Shown: positions 25,990-38,702 of the stretch, one piece after another | Numbering within the stretch: the first letter of the stretch is position 1 | Layout of the letters: each line of letters starts with the position of its first letter | Source of the DNA: Octopus sinensis | Taxonomy: Eukaryota | Length of the DNA stretch: 64,000 nucleotides | Direction: 5' to 3' | NCBI RefSeq assembly: GCF_006345805.1 | Contig: NC_042999.1 | Location: 151,404,001 to 151,468,000 of the forward strand | The notes under the pieces: generated by a model | Told to the model about the DNA's origin: nothing | The model's database searches: none | Seen by the model: the letters and a program-made list of their open reading frames with translations, nothing else | Position numbers and translations under genes: made by a program

Positions 25990-28120
25990 GTAGGTTAGTT
26001 AGTTAGTTAATTTTTTGGCTCAAAAAGCAAAAAGCAAGGCCATGTAGGGGGACATGGAGTTATGTACAGGGTGGCGTTCATGTAAAGTGTTCAGACCACT
26101 TGTGGTCAAGGGAGACATTGAACCGAGCGGTCGTCGGCATCTTCACCATCTCGTCCGGCAGCTTATTCCACGGATCTGCAACTCGGACAGAGAAAGCCCC
26201 TCTCCTTCGATTGAGATGAAATCGACGCAGATAGAGCTTTTCGGAGTGACCCCGCAGCCAACGCTCTGGAGCAGGAGTGAAGAACAGCTCTTTCGAGAGG
26301 TTACACTTTCCACTTATGATGTTGTGAGCAAGAATGAGATCACCACGGCGTTGTCGTTTTTCTAGAGAATAAAGGTCGAGCATCTTCAGCCTTTCTTCAT
26401 AAGACAAATTCTTGAGACCAAGAACCATGCGGCTAGCCAGCTTCTGGACTCTTTCAAGATGCTGTATGTCTTTGAGGAGATGAATCCTGTACTCCAATAT
26501 GGGTCTCACCAGCGTGACATAGAGCAGTAGGAATATGGCTGCTGTGAGCATTCCGAATGACCGTCGAATCAAGAACAGAACTCCATGTGCTTTGTTGGCA
26601 GCATGGACGCACTAGGTAGAAGGCGAAAAGGAGGAATCCACCAAGATACCCAGGTCCTTTACCTGGTCGGTCCTCTCCAGCAGCAGACGACCCGGCTCGA
26701 AATCAAGTTGAGTTGCAAGAGGAGAGCCAACAGGCAGATGACAGCACTTTGACACGTTTAGACACAGGTCCCATTCGTTAGACCATCTCCAAATTTGTTG
26801 GAGGCATCGACGAAGATCCTCTATATCACCGCAAGGAGCGACCAGTTTGACATCGTCGGCAAATAGAAGGGTGTGTTGCATGAGGTCGTCGGGCAAGTCA
26901 TTTATGAAGACTAAAAACAATAAGGGCCCAAGCACTGAACCTTGAGGCACGCCACTGCTAGCACTGGAGACGTCGGACAGCGAACCATTAACTTGGACTT
27001 TGAAGGAGCGATCTGAGAGGAAGGCACCAACTCATTGTACAATATCCGGATGAAACTATATGCTTGAAGCATGACAAGTAATAGGCGGTGGTTTACTGAG
27101 TCAAAAGCTTTGGCAAAGTCCAATAAAACGATGTCAACAGCATCACCATCATCGATTATGTGCGTCACCAATTCTTCCATTACCAGTAAGTTGGTCAAGC
27201 ATGATCTCTTTGGCACGAAGCCGTGTTGGGAATCAGAGATAGAGGCTGTTTTGGAGGTGGAGCATCATACTTTTCTTAAGGATGGTTTCGAACATCTTGC
27301 TGATTATTGAAGTAAGGGAAACTGGTCTAGTTAAGCGGGTTTTCGCGGCTCCCTTTCTTGAAAATTGGGCAGATTATCGCCGTTCTCCAGTCCGCAGGTA
27401 TAACACCCGTTGCCAATGACATATTGAATAGACGTGTTAAAAGCTCGCAGATGACCGGAGCCAACTCTTTGATAACCCATGGGTGTATGCCGTCAGGGCC
27501 GTGACCCTTGTTGACATCGAGGCCTTGAATAACGCATTCGACTTTGTCCCGCGTGATGACCAATCGAAGCATTGGAGGTACCGATCTATCAAATGGAGGG
27601 GGTTCACGACCATCATCTTGTTTGAAAATAGTTGGAAAAGCCTCGGCAAATAATTGACTCTGTTGATAAGGGTCCTCAATCGATATGCCTGTTGAGTCTA
27701 CCAACGTTGCAATTTGGTTGTTCAAGCGGGAATTCCGTTGGACATGGACAAAGAAGGTTTTTGGATTGTGACTGGCGTTTGCCGCAATTCTGTATTCATA
27801 TCTGAAGCGTTCTTCCTTTTCAATTTTCACTGCTCGGTCTTGTTGAGTTTTGTACACCTCAAAAAAGCTGCAGTCGAATCTAGATTTTTGAATTCAGCCC
27901 AAACAATATCTCTGAGTCGAAGTTCTCGTTTAACCTTCTTTGTCACCCAGGGCTTGTGTTTCTTCTTCTTGGGAAGCCCAACGGGAACTGCTTGGTCAGT
28001 CAACCAGATTACATATGCTTTGAGGGACGACCATAGTTCATCAACTGAGGACAACGTCATCAGGGATCGCCAGTCCAGAAGCGCGGAAGCCTTGGTTAGA
28101 ATTTCAAGATCCAATCATTA
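25990..28120 (-). mobile_element. CR1-type LINE ORF2 fragment (RT), frameshifted
   Basis: GPDGIHP..KELA, PADWRTAIICPIFKKGSR, RSCLTNLL, LDFAKAFDSV, PQGSVLGPLLF, LFADDVKL, RVADPWNKLP; (TAAC)n 3' tail near 26000. Confidence 0.93.
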
Positions 28121-29825
28121 AAAATCCACCTAAACAAATTCTGTCCATGGAAAAGTACGCATCATCATCATCATTTAACATCTGTTGTCCATGTTGGCAC
28201 GGGTTGGACAGTTTGACTGGGCTGGCACTCTGGAAAGCTGCACCAGACTCCAGTCTGATTTGGCATGGTTCTCTACAGCTGGATGCCCTTCCTAACACCA
28301 ACCACTTCAAGAGTGTAATAGGTTCTTTTACATGCCACCAGCACAGGTGCCAGTTGTGTGACATCAGTATCTGCTACAATTATGATTTCATTTGGCTTGA
28401 TGGGTCTTCTCAAGCACAGCATATTATCAAAGGTCTCAATCATTTGTCATTGCCTCCGTGAGGCAATGACAAATATATATATATGAAATTTAGAGAAATA
28501 CTTGTATTAAAAAATTCAATAAAGAAAGATGTCATTCACTCCATACAGAAAGCATTTACTAAAAAAAAAACATTATTCTAAAAATCAATAAAATATAATA
28601 AATAGTAAATAACAGTACTATTTACTATTTATTGTACTTTATTGATTTTTAGAATAAGTTTTTTTTTTTAATATTGTATATGTTTTCTATATGGTGTGAA
28701 TAACATCTTTCTTTATTGAATTGTTTAATACAGTTATATACATATGTTATATATATTGTGAAATTTGATTTAAAATTGTTCAATTGAATTTTTGCCTGTA
28801 AGTTTTGGAATTACATTCCCTACTACTACTACTACTACTACTACTATTATTATTATAATATATATATATATATCATCATCATCATCATCGTTTAGCGTCC
28901 GCTTTCCATGCTGGCATGGGTTGGACGGTGCAACTGGGGTCTGGGAAGCCAGAAGGCTGCACCAGGCCCAGTCTGATCTGGCAATGTTTCTACGGCTAGA
29001 TGCCCTTCCTAACGCCAACCACTCCATGAGTGTAGTGGGTGCTTTTTACATGCCACCGGTACAGGTGCCAGACAAGGCTGGCAAACGGCCACGATTGGAT
29101 GGTGCTTTTTACATGCCACCGGCACGGAAGCCAGTCGGGGCAGCGCTGGCAATGGCCACGTTCAGGCAACAGCAATGATTAAGACCTTCGGCATTATGTC
29201 ATGCTTGAGAAGAAGACCCATCAAGCCGAGCAAAATTGCAGTTGTGGCTGATACTGGTGTCATGCAAATTGGCACCTGTACCAGTGGCAAGTAAAAGCAC
29301 CCATTACACTCTTGGAGTGGTTGGCATTAGGAAGCACATCCAGCCATAGAAAACCATGCCAAATCAAACTGGAGTCTGGTGCAGCCTTTCAGCTTCCCAG
29401 CCCAGTCAAACTATCTATGTCAGCATGGACAAGAGACATTAAATAATGATGATGATATATGTAATATATTTCTGTTCAACCCTTGATATATAATATATAT
29501 ATATATATATATATTCATTTACACACACGACAGGCTACTTTTGGTTTCTATCTACCAAATCCACTCACCGGCGATTGGTCAGCCTGGGTTATAATAGAAG
29601 ACACTTGCCCAAGGTCCCATGCAGTGGAACTGAACCTGAAATCATATGATTAGCACAGAAACTTCTCCACCAGACAACCACACCTTCACTGTGAACCTTA
29701 TTTTGGTGTTCCTTCAGCAGTTCCTTTTTTTTTTTTAAATATCTGGAAAATAAATTTATTTCTATGAAACAACCATGTCTTGTTGCAAACATGTCATTAT
29801 ATGGCTTTATTTTCTATTTTTTTAG

Positions 29826-29888
29826 GATGTAGAAGAAGCAATTGTGACTTTGATAGAGGGCTCTTTGTGGACAGAATCCCTTCGATTG
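29826..29888 (+). CDS. ELP1: ELP1 exon w13
   Basis: ttttag|..|gtgaga; DVEEAIVTLIEGSLWTESLRL; phase 0/0. Confidence 0.94.
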
Positions 29889-31044
29889 GTGAGAGACAAC
29901 TATTTTTAATATTTTATTTATAGCATACCTGTATCATCAAATATGTAGACAGTTTTATTAATTACAGAAAATAGTGCATCAAAACAGTGGGAGAGAGCTT
30001 TGATAAATATTAGTAAAAGAGTAAATGTATACACATATACAGAACTGAAGCATGTGAACACATACTTTTGTAACATCTCCGAAATGGGTCTCAGGGAGTA
30101 GTGTCCTGACTTCCTGGGCTAGTTTTCCACCACATTTCTTAAAAATCGTGGTAGAGACCTTGATCTCGAGACAACTCATGTCTAGAAACTGAGGTTGGGG
30201 ATAAGCAAGGGCATGTTCTCCGTAGAAAATCCATCTCCAAAAAAGCCTCATGATAACAAGGGAGAATGGACACCAGCCAACCCAAAGGTTGGGGTGAGCT
30301 GCACCTGCCTACCTCAGTTGCTATGGCATTGAGGTAGATCTGGCCACCCTTGTTAATGGGGACATAACCCAGATTTAAAACACTGGATAATGATGATGAT
30401 ATATACATATGAAGCATCCATTTTCCCATACTTGCATAAAGAGGACAAATTTTGTTTGGTTGGATGTTCTTCCTGTTCCTAACCCTCACCTGTTTCCAAG
30501 TAAGGTAATTATAGTTTCCCATGCCCAGACATCTTTCCACAGATGATTGGAAACAATAGACACTGCTTGCCTGACAGTGATACTCATTTACAGCCGTCAC
30601 AAGATGTCAAACAAGGAAACTGTAAAACAAATACACAGACACACATATACACACATGGGTATGTACATTATTCTTACTGAAAGACTTTGTTGAAACCAAG
30701 AATTTTTTAACAGCATTTTGTCTTTGTCTTGCAAGTTGCTTGGTGACCCTGTTAGTGCTGGTGCCATGTGAATAGCATCCAGTGAGTGATTGGCATTAGG
30801 AATGACATCCAGCCATAGGAACCAGACAACAGAGCCCAGTGCAGTTCTCTGGCTTGCCAGCTCCTGTCAAACCATCCAACCCATGTTAACATGGAAAACA
30901 GACATTAGATGATGATGACATTATCGTTGTCTGCTTCTTCTAAGAGCTCTCTTGTTAAATAAGCAAAAATGTGCTGCAGTTCATTCCAGTTTTTAGTGCT
31001 AAGTATCTTGGAGACCTCTCTTTCTTTATGCCAGAAGTGAAGCC

Positions 31045-32510
31045 TGTTGCATGCTGGGTAGACTGAATGTGAATTCTTAATGGAGCAATCTGTTGCATGC
31101 TGGGTAGACTGAATGTGAATGCTTAATGTAGCAATAAGTTGCATGCTGGGTAGACTGAATGAGAATTCTTAATGGAGCAATCTGTTGCATGCTGGGTAGA
31201 CTGAATGTGAATTCTTAATGTAGCAATCTGTTGCATGCTGGGTAGACTGAATGTGAATTCTTAATGTAGCAATTTGTTGCATGCTGGGTAGACTGAATGT
31301 GAATTCTTAATGTAGCAATCTTTTGCATGTTGGGTAGACTGAATGTGAATTCTTAATGTAGCAAACTGTTGCATGCTGGGTAGACTGAATGAGAATTCTT
31401 AATGTAGCAATATGTTGCATGCTGGGTAGTAAACTGAATGAGAATTCTTAATGTAGCAATCTGTTGCATGCTGAGTAGACTGAATGAGAATTCTTAATGT
31501 AGCAATCTTTTGCATGCTGGGTAGACTGAATGTGAATTCGTAATGTAGCAATCTGTTGCATGCTGGGTAGACTGAATGAGAATTCTTAATGTAGCAATCT
31601 TTTGCATGCTGGGTAGACTGAATGAGAATTCTTAATGTAGCAATCTGTTGCATGCTGGGTAGACTGAATGTGAATTCTTAATGGAGCAATCTGCTGCATG
31701 CTGGGTAGACTGTGAATTCTTAATGTAGCAATCTGTTGCATGCTGGGTAGACTGAATGTGAATTCTTAATGTAGCAATTTATTACATGCTGGGTAGACTG
31801 AATGTGAATTCTTAATGTAGCAAACTGTTGCATGCTGGGTACAATGAATGAGAATTCTTAATTTAGCAATCTGTTGCATGCTGGGTAGACTGAATGTGAA
31901 TTCTTAATGTAATAATCTGTTGCATGCTGGGTAGTAAACTGAATGAGAATTCTTAATGTAGCAATCTGTTGCATGCTGGGTAGACTGAATGTGAATTCTT
32001 AATGTAGCAAACTGTTGCATGCTGGGTAGACTGAATGAGAATTCTTAATGTTGCAATCTGTTGCATGCTGGGTAGACTGAATGTGAATTCTTAATGTAGC
32101 AATCTGTTGCATGCTGGGTAGACTGAATGTGAATTCTTAATGTAGCAATCTGTTGCATGCTGGGTAGACTGAATGTGAATTCTTAATGTAGCAAACTGTT
32201 GCATGCTGGGTAGACTGAATGAGAATTCTTAACGTAGCAATCTGTTGCATGCTGGGTAGACTGAATGTGAATTCTTAATGTAGCAATCTGTTGCATGCTG
32301 GGTAGACTGAATGAGAATTCCTAATGTAGCATTCTGTTACATGCTGGGTAGACTGAATGTGAATTCTTAATGTAGCAATCTGTTGCATGCTGTATAGACT
32401 GAATGTGAATTCTTAATGTAGCAATCTGTTGCATGCTGGGTAGACTGAATGAGAATTCCTAATGTAGCAATGTGTTGCATGCTGGGTAGTCTGAATGTGA
32501 ATTCTTGATG
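31045..32510. repeat. 46-bp tandem satellite, about 32 copies
   Basis: Unit TGTTGCATGCTGGGTAGACTGAATGTGAATTCTTAATGTAGCAATC; period 46 (31201 vs 31247). Confidence 0.97.
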
Positions 32511-32543
32511 TGATGTTTATGTCCTAATATTTCTCTGTTTTAG

Positions 32544-32718
32544 ATGTACAAATATAAAAGACAAGATTTTATCGAGACTAATTTGAAAGAAGCTATTCTC
32601 ACTGCCTACCAGAATGAAATGGATTCTTTAGAAAGCATGTTTACTGACTTTAAACGTCATATGAAACGGTTGGTTTTGGTGAGAGAGGAAAAACAAAAGG
32701 CTAAACTTGATTTATACG
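32544..32718 (+). CDS. ELP1: ELP1 exon w14
   Basis: ttttag|..|gtaagg; MYKYKRQDFIETNLKEAILTAYQ..FKRHMKRLVLVREEKQKAKLDLY; phase 0/1. Confidence 0.94.
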
Positions 32719-33016
32719 GTAAGGGTTCACATAGTAATTATAAATGTTTAATTGTCTGTAGAATGAGTAGCAAACCGGTGGAATCGTTAGCACGTTGGAC
32801 GAAATGCTTAGCAGCATTTCTTCCAGCCCTTTATGTTCCAAATTCAAATCCCTATTGAGATCAACTTTGACTTTCATCTTTTGGGGATTAATTGAATAAA
32901 ATATCGGTCAAATACTGGAATTGATGGAATCAACTCACCCATTTTCTTCAAAAGTTACTGTCCATGAATTTTGCCCAATAACCCCCAGGTTTTAATTTAA
33001 ATTTCTTGAAGCAAGA

Positions 33017-33422
33017 AATCCGGTAATTTGCTAAGTTTGTTTAAGATTAAAAAAGTAAATAAAAATTAAGGGGGAGATAAGTCAACTTACTGTTTACACA
33101 ACATAAACACTGGCAAAATGTGACTTCTCTCCAAAAGTGAACGATAATGAATAGATTTGCTCCTTTTACAATGCTTGCAGTGGCATAACTTCCCATCAGT
33201 AACGTCACCACGTGTAGTAAGGTGACATGGTTAATTACAATTTTCACAGGTGTACACATTCATAATTAGTCAATGCCATGCTAATCACTGAAGAATAATT
33301 GAATGATAGTCCACGATTCCTCTAAGATTGATTTATCCTTTTGCTTTTTTTCTTTCACTCCTTATCTCCCCCTTAATTTTTATTTACTTTTTAATCTAAC
33401 CAAACTGAATAATTACCAGATA
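33017..33422. mobile_element. MITE-like element with inverted ends of about 60 bp
   Basis: GATTAAAAAAGTAAATAAAAATTAAGGGGGGAGATAAG is inverted at 33361-33400; TSD not resolved. Confidence 0.55.
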
Positions 33423-35201
33423 TTGTAAACACTAAGGATGGTTTCAGACAGATTCATCATGAATTTCCAACAGTTAGGGAGTTTGCAAATTTTGTAGTTA
33501 TGCTGTCATATTGCATAAGAACAGTATTGAAAGGTTTTGAAATATAAATGAAGAATTGTGAGAAAAGAAGCAAATGGTTTCAAAAGCTAATAAAACCAAA
33601 AGGTTCAGCTGTGCTAAAGAGTTTTACAACAAGGGAGATAAATTTTAGTTTTTTATCAATATAGTCTAATGAAAGAAAATTGCCAAATTTCCAGTTCATG
33701 GCTGATATATATGAAAATTACCAGTATAGCTCAAGTCATCATCACCATCGTCGTTTAATGTCCACTATCCATGCTGGCATGAGTTGGATGGTTTGACTGA
33801 GGACTGGCAAGCCAGAAGGCTGCACCAGGCTTCAGTCCGATCTGGCAAAGTTTCTACAGCTGGATGCCTTTCCTAATGCCAACGACTCTGAGAGTGTAGT
33901 GGGTGCTTATTACATGCCACCAGCACGAGGGCCAGTCAGGTGGTACTGGCATTGACCACACTTGAATAGTGATTTTTATGTGTCACCTGCACGGGACCAG
34001 TCAGCCGGCACTGGCATCAACCATCGAATTGTAGCTTTTACGTGCCACTAGCCTGGGAGTCAGTCAGGTGGCGCTGGCAATGATCAATTCTGTAGGATTG
34101 AACATAGACTGTCATCATCATTATTATCATTTTAACATCCACTTTCCTATGTTTGCATGGATTAGTTAGAATTCTTTGAAGCAGACTTTCTACCCCCAGA
34201 TGCTTTTCCTGTCACCATACCTCTTTACAAGCAAGGTAATAATTCTCTATGGCTAAACATGTTTCCAAGGACATTTGGAAAAAAATGACTCTGTTTGTTA
34301 TGACAGTGTTGCTTATTTATAATCATCATATGATGTAAAGGCAAAGAGAGAGACACACACATGCATACATGGTAAGCTTCATTCTGTTCCTGTCTATCAA
34401 ATCCACTCACAAGGCTTTGGTTAGCCTAGGGCTATGGCAGAAGACCCTTGCTTTGCTTGCCACACTGTGGAACTGAACCTGAAATCACATAGCCATGCTT
34501 GCTCTTTACAACTTACGCAAGAACCTTAATACTACATTACCCCTGTTCAATATGCTCTTAGATTTTCTGATGGGAGATCAATATAGCTGATTGTTTACCT
34601 GTTGATACATGCTTCTGATTGAGAAAGCTTAAGTCACTGACTATATAATCCCTGATCTCTGTTGTTGTTGTTGTTGCTTCGCCCAAGTTCAGTACCAATT
34701 TTGACCAGAGTCCTAGGAATTTCAAACAGTTGCCTATAGTTATGTATGTAAGACTTCAACCCAGGACGTGCCACCTGGCAAAGTGGGCAGTGCCTACCCT
34801 GAATGAAATAGATCGATAGCAACATTTTCCTTCTATGGCAAAATATGCACCAAATTCAATAAAATTATGAAGGTTACACTGATTACTAACTCATAAAATG
34901 CAAAATATTTTAATTTTTTGTAGATTAGATAGGCATAATTCACTCCTGCCTTTCAATCTTGGTATTTAAGCTACACAGAGTACTGCTGTAGTACACGTGC
35001 TGCATACATTCCTACACCACTGGTTTCTTTACATGCTATAAAGGCAGAAGTAAATCTGCCCTCAACTCAGTCACATGGCTGTGTTTTGCTTATTTTTCGT
35101 GTGTTTTACTACATATATGTCACCAACTGCCTATGCTGAGTAATTACTGACGGTACGTACCTGGCTTCTACTGATAAATATTTGTTCACTTCTACTTTCA
35201 G

Positions 35202-35316
35202 AAGATGAAGGTTTAATAACCAATGCCGACTTATATTCTGAATCCAGCAGTATTGCTGGAGACAGTGTCGTTTCAGTGACAAGTAACAGAACATCAATGC
35301 TCAGTCGATCTACAGG
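35202..35316 (+). CDS. ELP1: ELP1 exon w15 (Ser-rich segment)
   Basis: tttcag|..|gtatgt; DEGLITNADLYSESSSIAGDSVVSVTSNRTSMLSRST; phase 1/2. Confidence 0.92.
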
Positions 35317-36171
35317 GTATGTAATGTGTAATTTCATTCTACTAATTATTTTATATTTATCTTGCTCATTACATAATGTGTTGTGAGTTGGCAGAATCAT
35401 TAGAACCTCAGAATGCCTCAAACTATTTGTTTCCACTCAATGCATTTGGTGTCCAAATTCTTCCAGAGTTAACTTTGCCTCTTGCTCTTTTAATCATCAT
35501 CATCACTATCACCACTGTCATCATTTCAGCATCTATTTTTCCGTGCTTGCATCATTCAGAGGAAAATACATTGGGACAAAGTTTCCTACAACCAGATGCA
35601 CTACAAATATTTGTTTCCAAATGGGGCAAGATATCATCATGTTTTGTGTGTGTATATATATATAGTGGTTAGGGCAGTGGACTTGTGGTTGTAGGATCAC
35701 GGTTTTGATTTCCAGACCGGGCGTTGTGAGTGTTTATTGAGCGAAAACACCTAAAGCTCCATGAGGCTCTGGCAGGGGGTGGTGGCGATCCCTGTTGTAC
35801 TCTTCGCCACAACTTTCTCTCACTCTTTCTTCTGTTGGCCTGCTCGCTTAGCCAGTGGGGTGGCGTCATTTGAAGACTAAAACAATGCGAAGCCATTGTG
35901 ACCAGCGATGTGTAGCAGCATCTGATAGTCTGGTCGGTCATGGTGATATATATATATATAATAAGGTTAGAAATTGATATTAATCAATTAAAACTAGTGG
36001 CTTAGCATATTTTAAAAATCTGAAGATAAAAATTGTGTCACATACAAAATTAAGAGGAATACCACTAAAGTGGACACCTAATATGCTAAACATAGATGTC
36101 AAATTGTCATAGATTTGACGTCTCTGTTTAGCATATTAGGTGTCCACTTTAGTGGTCATTCCTCTTAATTT

Positions 36172-36207
<36 letters not shown>

Positions 36208-37091
36208 AAATATATATACAAAGTAGTTAGCTGCTGCTAACTACCTAGAACCCACAAGAGTGAAAAAGAGAAACAAAGACAGACAGAAAAAAGGAAAATG
36301 TTCCTTGCATTTGAAAACTATGGAAATATTTTTAAAAACCATTTCATTTCATTTTTCCACAATTTAATTGTTTTTCATGCTTTACTTTAAGTTGAAAAAG
36401 TCATAAAGACTAAAACCAGTACTCCATGGTAAGAATTCCACTGTTTGGTACCTTGGGCAAGAGTCTTCTACTGTCTACTGGGGCTCACCAAGGCCTTGTG
36501 ATGGATTTGGTTGATAGAAACTGAAAAAAAACATGTAATATCATTTTTCATTCATTCATCATTTCGTGTCCATTTTCCATGTTGGCATGGGTTAGACAGT
36601 TTGACTGAAACTGGTAAGATGGAGAGCTGCACCAAGTTCCAAGGGTGCTTTTTTATATGCCACCAATATGAGTGCCAGTCATGTGATATTGGTTTTGGCC
36701 ACAACTATGATTTCACTTGGCTTAACAATTTTCTCATATGTCTGTGTATTTTTGTATGTACCCTTACTGTAACATCATGTGACAGTTGTAAGTGAACGTC
36801 ACCATCATACAAGTGAGGTGGTTTATTTCCTGTTTTCTGTGGAAAACATATATGGCCATGGGGAAATATTACCTTTCTTGGAAACTGGTGGGTGTTGGTG
36901 ACAGGAAGGGCAGCTAGCCACCGAAAATCAGCCTCAACAAATTCCATCTGACTCGTGCAAACATGGAAAAATGGATATTGAAGTTTTGATAATGATGAGA
37001 ACATTGCCAACCCCAACCAGTCTGTCTCTGAACTAAATTCTTCTCAAAGACATCCGGTGCTGTAATTGTTTTCCTTTCCTTGTAATTGTAG

Positions 37092-37219
37092 AAGATCCTC
37101 CAGAAATCGTCGGAAAATGGAAAAGAAGAAATGGAGTCTAAAAGAAGGAAGCCTTTTCGAAGAATTTGCATTAGTTGAGGAATTGAGTAAAATTATCAAA
37201 CAAGTGGATACGCTGCGAG
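37092..37219 (+). CDS. ELP1: ELP1 exon w16 (basic region)
   Basis: ttgtag|..|gtaaat; RSSRNRRKMEKKKWSLKEGSLFEEFALVEELSKIIKQVDTLR; phase 2/1. Confidence 0.96.
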
Positions 37220-37977
37220 GTAAATCTTTACTTATTGTTTTCTTGAATGCAGAACTGTCATTACTCAACCAATTGTTGCTACCAAGTAGTAGAAGCAACA
37301 GTTCCAAGTATCTTTCATTGAGTTGACCTATAGATAAGGGTATTCTAGCAAAGGTCAGGCTATCCTTTTTATATATCTAGAGCTTGGTTGTTTAATCTGT
37401 GCTTCCTTCCTTAAGACAGTAACATATGATTTGAAGCAATTTGGCTGCTACTTTTCCAAGGTCAAGCCATTATACACAGACAAGTTCCTTTGTTGACTCA
37501 GATTGCAGCAGTGTAAAGATGTGCAGTTTTTAAGTACAGTTACAGGAAACTGATGCTTGTCAGTATTTTGTCTGTCTTTATGTTCTGAGTTCAAATTCTG
37601 CTGAGGTCAACTTTGCCTTTCATCCTTTTGGGGTCGATAAGTTAAGTACTAGTTACACACTGGGGTTGATGTAATTGACTTAATCCCTTTGTCCCCTCTA
37701 TGTTTAGCCCCTTATGGGCAATAAAGAAATAAGAAACTGATGTAGCCCTAAACTGGAAACTCTACTTAGCTTGTTGCTCTTCTTCTTTCCTTCTTCCCTT
37801 TTTCTTCTTTCTTCCTTTCTTTTTCTGTCTTCTTTCCTTCTCTCATCTCTCTCTCTCTCTCAGACACATATTTGCACACACAGAAATCAACTATGTTTGA
37901 ATTTGATTTGGGCTGAGCTCCAAACAGGTTTTAAAAGTGTCAAAAGCAATTTGGGGTAAGGGGGGAAGCTGGTTTAA

Positions 37978-38437
37978 CCCTTTTGACACTAGCCCAGCTG
38001 AAACTGCCTCTGGTTCTGTGGTACAAATGTCTTGTTTTCATAAGTTCTGAATTAAAATCTTCCTCCAAACCTTATGTTCCTAACACTAACTTAATGCTAA
38101 GTCATTTTACTAAATTCTTTGTTAGATTTAAAGTTAATTGAAAGAAACACAGAGTAACTCAACATAAATATGGTAACAAAAGGGTTAAAATATATGATAG
38201 AGGAACAATTCTTAACCCTTTTGATACCAACCCGACTAAAACCGCTTCTAGCTCTGTTGTAGAAATATCTTGTTTTCATAAGTTTTGAATTAAAATCTTC
38301 CACCAAGTCTTAGTCACAATTTATGTTCCTAACACTAGCTTAATGATAACTAAGTTATTTTACTAAATTCTTCGTTACACTTAAAATTAATTGAAAGAAA
38401 CACAAAGTATCTTAACAGAAAAATGGTTAGAAATGGG
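37978..38437. mobile_element. Two adjacent piggyBac-type MITEs (37978-38184 and 38216-38437); another pair at 5279-5498 and 5519-5739; single copy at 25734-25907
   Basis: TTAA|CCCTTT..AAAGGG|TTAA termini and a shared internal sequence. Confidence 0.85.
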
Positions 38438-38556
38438 TTAAGTAGATTATCACCAACTGAACTTTTCTCGGTCAGTCGACTTGTACAAAAAATTCTTTTT
38501 AGTCTATTGTATTTGAGAAAGGTCATACGTAACCTATTTTATTTTACTTTCTGTAG

Positions 38557-38702
38557 CTGACACCCATTCTCTGCTGCTTGTGCTGGTTCAGTTTGACTTT
38601 GAAAGTAAAGCTGAACAACTGCAGGAATTTTATGACAATTTCCTGAAGCATATTGAGAAAAATCTACCAACTTTACGTAAACCAAGTGGTGAGAAACAAC
38701 AG
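38557..38702 (+). CDS. ELP1: ELP1 exon w17
   Basis: ctgtag|..|gtagtg; DTHSLLLVLVQFDFESKAEQLQEFYDNFLKHIEKNLPTLRKPSGEKQQ; phase 1/0. Confidence 0.9.

Noticed and set aside
31045-32510. Satellite as a CRISPR array or coding repeat
   Set aside because: There are no unique spacers, and the 46-bp period is not a multiple of 3, so the ORFs are short and interrupted.
38689-38694. Alternative donor GTGAGA inside exon w17
   Set aside because: It is phase 1 and incompatible with phase-0 exon w18; the donor after 38702 keeps the frame.
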